DNA of 64,000 bases, taken from contig OZ004610.1 in NCBI GenBank assembly GCA_963924565.1, forward strand, positions 13,082,001 through 13,146,000, in the 5' to 3' direction. Positions 54,099 through 64,000 of the stretch are shown in pieces. The notes under the pieces are model-generated. The model was not told where the DNA came from. It saw only the letters and a list, made by a program, of their open reading frames with translations, and searched no databases. The translations under genes were made by a program, and so were the position numbers. The stretch is from Ascidiella aspersa. Taxonomy: Eukaryota. The stretch's first letter is position 1; the number at the start of each line of letters is the position of its first letter.

Positions 54099-55527
54099 TA
54101 ACACATCTAGTTCAAAATTTGAACAGCAAGTTTCCTAATTTTTGTTACATGCGAAATACTTTTGAGTAAAAAAGTGCTCAAATAAGCTTATTGGACCTAT
54201 GTAGGCTACGAAATAGAAAAAATTGATTGCTATAGTTAATTGAGTATAAATAATGTGTAAAACTTTTAAATAAAAATATTTGTTATGACTTGAGTTATAC
54301 TTTTGTAAACCATTTGGAATTGTTGAAGTTCATGAATTTCTGAACGAATATTATTAGACCACTTTTGAAGAACTGGCGGTCAACTCTTAAGTTTTTCCGC
54401 TGCGAATCCTTTTCTGCAAGCCTGATTGTAAAAACCGAATATTACAATTTTTAATGTCAAGATTTTATTAACATTTCTAGGTACATTCTGAAGTTGGTTG
54501 AATTTAGTAATGTGGAAAAAAATCTATTCGATATTATCTTAACCTTGGTTCTCCGGTTATACTAAACGTAAAAACTTTTGGTTTTCCTTTGTGCGTCTGA
54601 TAACTAGTATAGATTTGCAAGTTGATATTTCTCACGACGTCAAGTGAAAACAGATGTTGTGTGTAGGCTAATCGTTATTTAAAAAGGGCATGGCTAACAA
54701 TCAGTGGTGTCACGATTAGCCTTAGACCCGAAAAGGCTGAAAGAAAGCGAAGCACAAAAATGATTTCCGCGGGAGCCTTATTGGCACCTTTTTGTTTGAT
54801 AATTTGGGTACCTTTTGCACTGTTTTTCGGCTGAAACACTAAATTTCTGTTTTTCGGCTTGAACGCAAAAATTACCTGTAAACGTGGTCAAGAAATAAAA
54901 GGTAACAATACACTAGAGTAGTATCGCTAGTTATTCAGTACTAAAGTGTATTTATTTTTAGCACTCCACTGCAGTCGGGTTACGGGCTCGGGATTCGATT
55001 TATTTTGCTGAAGTCGGACTGATACAGGCGGTTTAGGATCGAAACGGTAATAAACTCTTTTTAACAGACTCGATATCCCTGCTTTACTCTAGGACACGAT
55101 GACGGAACCAGCGTTCAAGCGGTCTTTTGACTGCTGTTTTCTCTCCACAGGACGTTTACTTAAAATACCACCATAAAACGCAAACAACAATAATTGCTAA
55201 CACAGCTTTTGGACCAGCAGATTATATATGGTGTCAATTATAATTATCAATTTTATTTTGAGGATGACGCAACCCTCAAACCTAGTAGAAGGTTCCCTGG
55301 ATGTTGGCAGTAAGGCTTCGCCTTTGTTGGGTGGAGTGAAACAAAACATTTGGACAGAAGCGTATGGTGATTCTGAAAACTTGTCGTTTAGCGCCAGGAA
55401 TGTGCCTGGTGTTTAAAAAATCATATTTATGGCACAGAATAATTCTCCTCTGGAAAAGTGTGAGCCATGTAGAAAATTCCCCATATCCAGATATTTTAGG
55501 TTGAAATGGAAAACTTTTAAAACAGTT

Positions 55528-57040
55528 TTATCTAGTCCTTTTTCTTCGTGGTTTAATTTCAACCCAACCATCTTCATCAGGAGTTTGGCTGTTACACGAT
55601 TTTTCCGCAGTACAGTTAATTTTGTTTTTCTCCTGCTGTTGCTGTTTATCAACATTGCCTTCCGCCGCGTTTAACTGGAGGTTTTCAACGGCTAACAGCT
55701 CATCATTTGCATCTGCTTGTGTGTCCTGCCATTTAAAAAAATTACAAAAAATTATTATTATTAAATATTATAGGCTATGTTTATGAATGACACAGCATGC
55801 TACAACTATAACGTTGCACTTCTATTAAAGCACATAGGTAAATATAGCACAATAAGCTAATATCCAAATCAATTCTAAATTGCAAATGCTAAGTTTGTTT
55901 ACGGCCTTTAATCTGAGTATGCTTCGGATTTAAATTAAAAAATATGCCCAGCTTCGTATACCATTATAGATCATGGTGTGACTGGGTTAACTTGTCCCCA
56001 ATGAAGGTTGTTAACTTCTATTAATATAACTAATAATTAAGATTGCTCATTGACATTTGCGCAGTTTTCTTAAAAAATCAAAATAAAATAGGGTAAAGTA
56101 TAACAAATATATATATACTAAACTAGACCAGGGGTGGGAAAAATATATATTTAAACATTCTAATTTTGGACTAAAATTTTATCAGCGACTTTAGGTAATA
56201 TTAACAGAAGCAATTGGATCATTAAATATTAACACGAAGACAATCTTGGCTATACCTTGTTGCTTGCCTCGCCTGAAATGCAATTTCCCATATTTACACA
56301 TGGCAATGCACGAAGCCTTTTCATTATTTCATCATGGTTTCCAGCCACCCACAATTGGTAAAGATTGCAGAGTTTTACAGAAATTTCCTGAGTACTGTTG
56401 TCCTCTGTTACAGTGTTAAACTCAGTTGAAAGCAATTCAGCAATGAAGTTTTCAAGTTCCCATGGTTCAATATCATCTATTAAAAAAAGATGAAATAGTT
56501 GGTTTATACAAAAAGAGAAGAAAAGGGTATAAATTATGTGAAAATAAGTAATTACTCCAGCGTTGTTTTTCTAATACCAATGAAAACAAAAACATCTACT
56601 GTTCTTTGCATTAACAACAAAGTTTATTTCCAAAAAAATATTTAAACTGTTGGGGGTATGCAAAACTTGTGTTTTATTTAAACAACAAATAAATGAAAAT
56701 ATGTTAATTATTCTATGTTTACCATTTTCTTGAAAGAAATCCTGTATTACACCAACCATCCACTGTGCCTTTTCACTGCTATGTGGACCCCCAAAACCAT
56801 GCATGACTGCAAGCTAAAATAAATACATTTATATTTTACCCATTTTGATGTAAATGGAACTCCATTAAACCCTTTAAACTGAAAAGACATATCATATGTT
56901 ATCAAACTTTGGATTATTGGCAATATTACGTATTGGTTAAATTCGGCTTGCAAACTTATATTCACCTGAAATGCTGTCCAACTTTTAAGATAGCCCTGAA
57001 TTCCAACATAGAAGAGTCGCTTTGTTTCTTCAATATCCAT
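55528..57040 (-). CDS. TSR2: Pre-rRNA-processing protein TSR2 homolog, 4 coding exons, 194 aa
   Basis: Exons 57040-56966 (MDIEETKRLFYVGIQGYLKSWTAFQ), 56813-56723 (LAVMHGFGGPHSSEKAQW...), 56476-56256 (DDIEPWELENFIAELLSTEFNTVTEDNS...), 55725-55528 (...DEDGWVEIKPRRKRTR*). Has the WGG-domain motif (W.A.Q.AV..GFGG..S.EK..W) and the C-terminal DGW..basic motif. Confidence 0.96.
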
Positions 57041-57710
57041 ATTTGTTAACCACAATTAAGGTGTAAACATTGTCATAGCAAATATTGATAAGATTGCTAT
57101 AATAAATAAACATGATAAAAAAGTTTATTTACTTAAAACTATAAAAAGAAAGGCTGCTTTTGAGAAAATTTATAAACAGGCATTATAAATTTGAATTACT
57201 TCAAATTTCGCTAAAGCAGAAGTTCTATGCTAATGTTTTTTAGTAAAACTATATTTCGTTTGTCTCATGAATAGCTAAAGATTTTAGAGTAGTATAGACA
57301 CTTAAAAAAAAAAAAAAGTGGTAGGATTCTGGACCAGCGCCAATAATTTTTATCGTTGCGAGTAGCTGCAATAAGATTACGTCAAACCTTATCCTTACTT
57401 GTACTCAACATTTGGCAAAAGTATTTCCTATATACACGCGTTACAAATACAATGATTTCTTATTATTTATATATTTAAATGCCACGCATGACTGCTTCTT
57501 GCTGAAATATGCAAAAATAGAATATTAATACATGTAAAAGGACTGGCACAACAGTAATGGTGGTCAACACATTATTAGATTTTAAAGGCATTTTCAAAGC
57601 CCTGCAACTGAAAAGGACGTCTCGAGGAAGAGGTCAGTTGTTAAAATTATCTAAATGTGAGGAGAGGTCGTGATGTTTACTGACAACGTGTCAGTGTCAT
57701 TAAATAATTG

Positions 57711-57850
57711 ATACACCCTTTCAAGGATTTTGTTACACCCTGACGGCAATTTGATAACAACCTGTCACCGATATGCTGACACCTTGTCATCGAATACTAA
57801 CACCCTGTCAGCAATTTGGTGAAACTCTTTCAACGTTTTAATGATATCCT
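57711..57850. repeat. Degenerate 22-bp tandem array (core TNACACCCTGTCA, 6-7 units)
   Basis: atacaccctttca, ttacaccctgacg, taacaacctgtca, tgacaccttgtca, taacaccctgtca, tgaaactctttca at 21-22 bp spacing. Confidence 0.75.
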
Positions 57851-57987
57851 GCAATTTGTGCAAACATTTCAAGTGTCTTCAAAAATGTTCACATTTTTTC
57901 AGAGTGAGCACACAAGTTTCATGGAATAAATTAAGATAAATAGACTAATTTGGGCATAGTTCGGGGCCACTTCTATCAAATAGGCTA

Positions 57988-58382
57988 CTCTTAACTCATC
58001 TCCTCTAACTCAACTTTTATAACTCTTCTCTTTTTAATCTTGTTTCTCTTTTCCTTCTTCTTACAACTCTTTTCCCTTCTTCTTGCAACTCCCTTCTTCT
58101 TGCATACGGTACTTCTACTTGCAACACGTTTTCCACATTTTCTTTAACTTCTTCATCCAACTCTTCCCTACCTTTTCCTCCAACTCTTCTTTAAATGTTT
58201 TCTTAAAACTCTTTCTTCAACTCTTTTTTAAAAGTACCTTAAACTATTCTTTCAAATCAACCTCTAAAAACTTTTCCTTAAATTCTTTCTTCAACTCTTC
58301 CACCGACTCTTCCTTTAACTATTCTTTCAATTCGTTATCCAACTTTTCTTCCAAAGCTCTTCTAACTCTAAACTCTTTTAAT
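57988..58382. repeat. Degenerate 12-bp pyrimidine-rich tandem repeat (caactcttcYtt)
   Basis: Repeated aactcttc/aactcttt units; explains the low-complexity ORF 58083-58571. Confidence 0.75.
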
Positions 58383-58661
58383 ATTGCTATAAGTACGCAT
58401 CCGTGCAAGTGCACACTTTGCCATGTGCACATTGTAAATGAAAGTGCGAACTTTTCCACGAGAAAATTGTTGCTCACATTGTGCGAAAAGCGCAGCGTAA
58501 TCTGTGGCAATTTCAAAGTGAAACTTTGTATTCTTTTTATTTCTATATTATTATTAATGAATAATAATTAATCGCTTTTCGTGAATAGGCTACTGTTTAA
58601 AAGTTTACTGGGGTTGAGCTGTGCTATTTCTACAACAGGCCTGCGAGCTTATCATTTAGTC

Positions 58662-59894
58662 CAGGGGTTGGCAAAATTTGTGCGGGAAAAAAATTTTTGC
58701 GGGCTAAAGTGGTCTTTTCAGAGCTGTTAAAGGCCCGCTACATAGAACCACTACAAAAACAGGGTCGGACCCAGGATATTTGTTTTGAGTTGAAGACATT
58801 AGAATGACATCACAAATATACATCATAAAACAATTGTTCTGAGAAGCAGTTCTCGTACACACTCGTGCGCAAATATGAAGCTAAAATCCAGTTTAATTTC
58901 GCTTTTCGCGAACAAAGGGAGTTATTTGTTTAAATTGGTAAAACTTCAATTAAAAGGATATGTGACGCATATGGCACATAAAAGCATTCACCTATTGCTC
59001 GCAATGTGTCACACAACGCAAGAGTTACACGACGCGATAAACCAAAGATTATCTCCTTTTGGTTGAACAGAATTAATTTAAACTGATAGAAGTACTTAAA
59101 AACGTTCATTTTAAGTCACAAGTAACGTCATATAGTTTAGTAATTTAAGAAACGTGTTGTTGTTCTTAAACAAATCGGTGTAGTTATGCAACTAAACCAA
59201 GTTTATTGCGCAAAACGCAAAAAAATGCGTCTATTAGAACTCAGTTAGTGAAACGTTTAGCTGTGACGTAATACTTTACCTGTGATAATGCATAAAAGAT
59301 TTACACTAGCTGAATGGTGGCACCCGAAACAACATAAAAAATTGGCACGAAACGCAAAAATGCATCTTAACATTAATCTTGTTTTAAAATTTTAATAAAT
59401 GTTACAAGCGATGCAATAGCATATTAGAATGTTCAATGGAAATTACATTAAAATATATACTTTGGTCAAAATTGCTTTTTAAAGAAAGTCGTCCACACAG
59501 TGTCAGGCTGTGTACACCAAGAAAAAGTTAAATATTACAAAGAGCCTTTGATGCCGAAAACACAAGCCATAATGTAAAACATCCTACAAAGCAAAGAATA
59601 TAGGCGCGAAGCGCGAAAAAATTTGCGTATACAATATACATGGTTAAAGTTAGCAAATAATAGCTTAAAGTTTGACAGGCACTCTTAGGGCCATATTTGG
59701 CACGCGGGCCTGAACCACGCCAAAATAATATAATTTTTAGCGACATCAAATTTTAAAATAAAGTGCAATGAATGTACAGCAATCACGCGGCCCACAACTA
59801 TATATGACATAAACTACTTAAAAATAGCTCGCGGCCCACTAAAAATGACTCTGCGGCCCACATTTGGCACGCGGCCTACAGTTTTCGACCACTG
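58662..59894. mobile_element. Non-autonomous hAT (Charlie/Buster-type) element
   Basis: CAGGGGTTGGCAAA...TTTTCGACCACTG; perfect TSD atttagtc; gcggccc subterminal repeats; one end related to 61924-62291. Confidence 0.9.
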
Positions 59895-60160
59895 ATTTAG
59901 TCCTTTACAGTGGGCGACATGGCAATGTTGTGAACAATTGTTTTTAAAGACTTAAGTACCTTTCAAACAATTTGCAAAACAACTTTAGTCCAAGTCAAGT
60001 CATTTGCAAAACTCCTGCAAACGTTCCGTTACTGGTCCAAGAAGCCTCACAATAATAAATACATTTCTCTTTCTTCGAATGTAGGTTAACCTGTTAAACC
60101 TGGCAACAAAAAAAACATGGAAAACGTGGAGTTTTCTTTAGTTGCATTTTAGTCTATATG

Positions 60161-60910
60161 CAGGGTTGCCATCGACATGGACCCAAAAATAAGGACAACC
60201 AAAAAAATAAATTAGCATTTAAAACACGTTTTTGGAAATGCATTGTATCTACATGAGCCGTGTCATATCACATTCCATACTTTTTGCCAGAAACAATCTG
60301 CTCCAACAATTTATCAAGGTTTTTTTGTTTATTCCTGTTTATGTTGCTTGAAGAACGCTTTTTAAAAGAGCCGAACCATAACGCGATCGACCAGAAGAAA
60401 TGTGGCGATCGAACGGTCGATCACGATCGAAATGTTGGTCACCCCTGCTTATAGCTTTACTAATTTAATCAAAAAGTGTCGACTGCACTGCGCACCCATT
60501 TTTCCTTTACCAACTACTTCGCAAAAAAATGCTGCCTTCGTCGCACCCTATTCTGCTGTAGCCTAAACAGCAGTAACCTTGTACTGCTGTTTACTGCTAA
60601 AATGTCGTCAGCTGTTCTATCATGGTACAGAAGCCAAAACTGCTGTACCACTGCCCTACCTTTAAGTAAAATCCAGAGACTTGTACGACATGAGAGTACA
60701 TTTTCATTTATGATGTCATAAAATCTCGGCGCAAAAGCATAATTTTAGAATATTATTCAACGCCGGTTCCAGAGGAAAACGATTGAAATTCTGAAGTTAT
60801 TGAAAATAAAACAAAATACGGACGCAAGTCGAAAACAAGGACATTTAGGTTTTCTAAGACCTGGCCCTTTAAAATAAGGACAAGTCTTAGAAATAATGAC
60901 GGCAACCCTG
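60161..60910. mobile_element. Non-autonomous hAT (Tip100-like TIR) element
   Basis: CAGGGTTGCC...GGCAACCCTG; perfect TSD tctatatg; contains a fragment of another hAT end (cgatcga repeats, ggtcacccctg) at about 60380-60447. Confidence 0.9.
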
Positions 60911-61764
60911 TCTATATGGCTGTATTTCGTGGGTTAACAATCGCTTAACACATAATACACAATAAACATGTTGCAGCATTAGTTAAAGTGAGAACACCTC
61001 CCAATTTCCAGGTTGTGTTTTTAAAATGGGTATATATTGGAAAACCGTGATGTGTAAAAAAAGTATAGTAATAAGCTATTTATACCGCCTTTCGCCAGGA
61101 AGTTCGAGAACTTTTATAATAGGATGTACGATCTCGACACGTTTTCTGATTTACTTTATGGGTTAATAACTAGTAACTATACTCGACAAGCAATCACACA
61201 TAGGTGAATAGTAGTGGTGTATAAGATGTACGCTTTTAAAAACAGAATAGAGACAACTACAGAATCCTATGCCCCCGTAGAGACTTGGGTATGCATGCCA
61301 AGATATGCCCAGAAAAATTTCGGCCCACGCAGAAATAGTAATCGACAAACGTTTTAAAGTTCTCTGCGCGAATTGGGTTCACACGGCTAAGTAGATTGTA
61401 CTGTAATATAGGGCAAAAATGCCGTTTTGTTAGTTTTGGCGGGCGTAAAGTTTTCGAGGTCGGTTGTCGTTTTTAAAATAATGACTACCCCCGACAATTT
61501 AATTTTACAACAGTGGCTTTTTAGTTTTTTTAACAGCTCATTATATTGCAGTAATTACTGTTCAGTTTATACATCAAAACTTAAAAAAAAACAGTGGTTT
61601 GTATTTGGAATTTGCACATAGTAGGCTTAGCACCCGATTTGAAGTTACCTATATAACATACAATAAACCAAACAAAGAATTTTACACAACACAAATGCTG
61701 ACGTAGAACAGTAAAATCTATGAATAAAAATGTAACGAAATTTATTAAGTTTAAATTAGGGGCT

Positions 61765-64000
61765 TCATGTTTTTCCTTGGTGTGAACTCTCTTGATTACA
61801 GGAAGGTGTTATTTCCTGGTGTGTGTCATTGTTCCAAAGGCAGACTCCTAAAACACGTAGTAAATAATTATTTACATTAAAGTAACTTTCCTTGTTAATT
61901 TTGTATTTGACATCCATTTACAACAGTGATCGGCAAACTGTGGGCCGCAGAGTCATTTTTAGTGGATCGCGAGTTACTTTTGACTTAGTTGTGAGGTTGC
62001 ACTTTATTGTTAAAGTTAGTGTGGCATAGAATTTTTAAATTGGCTCAGCTTGGAAAAGGCCACGTGCCAATGTGGCCCTGAGAGCCTGTTAAACTATATT
62101 TTTTTCCAACGTTAACAATACGTAAACGAAACATTTTTTCAGGCTTCGCGATCCAGGCGCCGTGTAATATTTCACTTTAAAATCAAATATCACGAATCCG
62201 CCACTGTATCGTAGTGGTTTTACGTAGTGGGCCTTCAATAGCTCTGAAACAAATACTTTGGGCCGCGACAAAAAAAGTTTGGCCACCACTGATTTACAAG
62301 AACCTCAACAAAAACACCCGATCCGTTAGAAATTAGTGCATTCCTAAGCGAAAAGGTGTACGACAATTAGGGCATCCAATGGCAGAAAAGTCTAGACCTT
62401 TAGACCTTGAGGTCGTGGCAATGCACTAATTTGGACCTTTAGGTAAACGTAGATAAATTGAAAATATTCGCTGAAAATTCACAAAAGATTGCAAAAAGTG
62501 TGAGATGGCATTGATAACACTTGACCGTTGACCCACCCTAACCCAAACGCTAACCCGAACCCTAACCCAAATAAAGTGCGTTAATGTAATAATTATTTAA
62601 ATGCTGGGGAGAAAAACAAACTTTTCGGTGGGCATAAGATAGTTTCTCGTCCATGGTAGGATTGTTACGTCACAAAATGAGATATTGGGGGCTTGGCGCC
62701 TAAAGCGTTTATGTAATTATTAATTCAACGCACATTATTTGAGTTCGGGTGCTGGTTTGCGTTTGGGTTTAGGTGGGTCAAGTATTATTAAACTTAATCT
62801 TTTTAAGCACATTGTTAAGTCAAATTAGTGCACTTTTCGAGACCTCAAAGTCTAAATGTTGGACTTTTTGCTTCTTTGGATACACTAATTGTCGTAGACC
62901 TTTTTGCTTAGGAATGCACTAATTTCTAACGGATCGGGTGACAAAAAAGACTTACGCTTCGTTTTAAAAACTCCAAACACTGAGGAGAAGAACTTGGGTC
63001 TGATGTAGCCATCCTTATCACCAGGTGACAAGATCACTCCATTGCTGGATTGGTAAAACTTTAAACCATCTAGAATAATAAGTTTTTGTTTAGTCTGTTT
63101 GTGACAATTATTAGTATTCCCCATAACCAATTTGATATTGATATTACACAATATTTTAAAAGTTTGTTGAATTTATACCAATTAATCCTACATATATTTA
63201 AGAAAAACTATCTGGAAATCAATAGTTTGTATAAATAAATGTTTTGTTTACCTCTCATTGCCTGCTCAAGGTTAATGTGAACAAAGACATTGCATCCATT
63301 CTTCACACCACTGACAACTTTGTTGGGATCGCTTGGCTCTGCTGTAGTCATATGAATGTGAATCCTCTGTCGATAAACATAACACAATCAGCAACCATAT
63401 TCTAGCGCTGGAAGGTCAAAAATATTATGATCCAGAATTGTACATATATATGATCAACAGGTCTAAATTTTTTTTAGATGCACTTCTACAATATAATACT
63501 ATTTGGTGGCGTTAGCATGACAAACAGAAGTCTTTAAAGGATTTCACTTGGTTATATTGCCAAATAAACCCAATACAGTTTGAACAAACACAAATGTAAT
63601 AGAATACACATGGTAACACCTTCATCCTATGGAGGCCACTTCTTTGTATTTTTTCCCATGCACCTTGAAATGTGCCATGAACTACCACCGGAAACTGAGA
63701 AGGATCAGTTATTTCTTTTAGATCCAGGTCACTAACCTTAAAAATATGACAAACCTTAAACCACACAGTTGTCATTTATGTTGTTATTTTTTAGTTTATT
63801 TTTTTTTCATTGTCGTACAAAACATACAGTTACACTTTTGCTATACCTGTAAACTTCAACAGACGCATTTTATTATCACCTCAACTGTGTGACCTTGAGT
63901 GGCTTTGATCCAATCTTCTCCAAACTCATCAGTTTTTATTTCAAATCTTTTTTTGTTGTTGGTTTCCACTATTCGATATATGTCTGCCTTTGACATTTTA
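61765..64000 (-). CDS. TRPT1: tRNA 2'-phosphotransferase 1 (Tpt1/KptA family), 3' part; gene continues beyond the window
   Basis: Exons >64000-63880 (IVETNNKKRFE...WIKATQGHTVE), 63736-63620 (VVVHGT...GLHRMK), 63366-63252 (RIHIH...SGVK), 63069-62956 (DGLKFYQSSNGVILSPGDKDGYI), 61847-61765 (last exon, less certain). AATAAA on the minus strand at 61746-61741. Confidence 0.95.
61924..62291. mobile_element. hAT MITE in the last TRPT1 intron
   Basis: CAGTGATCGGCAAACT...AGTTTGGCCACCACTG; perfect TSD atttacaa. Confidence 0.9.
62315..62940 (+). mobile_element. Foldback-type non-autonomous DNA transposon, copy 2, in the last TRPT1 intron
   Basis: Same long TIRs as 13160-13779; 7-bp TSD acaaaaa. Confidence 0.93.

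Noticed and set aside
57711-57850. Repeat-spacer pattern as a CRISPR array
   Set aside because: Degenerate 13-bp repeats, 9-bp spacers, eukaryotic context and no cas genes.
58083-58571. 162-aa F/S/N-rich ORF, and EELK-like antisense reading
   Set aside because: A product of the 12-bp tandem repeat; the antisense frame has multiple stops.
58711-58725. ggtcttttcagagc resembles a histone stem-loop
   Set aside because: Imperfect stem, lies inside a hAT element, and there is no histone ORF.

Overview
Intron-containing, AT-rich animal genomic DNA; an invertebrate chordate such as an ascidian is my inference, not provable from the window. I assembled four protein-coding genes exon by exon with canonical GT-AG junctions and consistent phases. 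They are SUPT4H1/Spt4 (minus, 4 exons, 120 aa), an FGD1-4-type Cdc42 GEF (plus, 14 exons, about 1416 aa, DH-PH-FYVE-PH), TSR2 (minus, 4 exons, 194 aa) and the 3' part of TRPT1 (minus, runs off the right edge). The flanks and housekeeping-gene introns are packed with non-autonomous DNA transposons whose TIRs and target-site duplications (TSDs) can be read directly. The most interesting observations are: (1) a near-identical 23-nt motif plus T-run near the 5' end of both SUPT4H1 and TSR2 in the same sense orientation; (2) tail-to-tail FGD-TSR2 linkage as at human Xp11.22; (3) a MITE-in-MITE composite present in two copies; (4) a foldback family with 7-bp TSDs; (5) a TRPT1 with two Arg-to-Lys motif changes. 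I found no evidence of a prokaryote-type system, CRISPR array, tRNA or rRNA.
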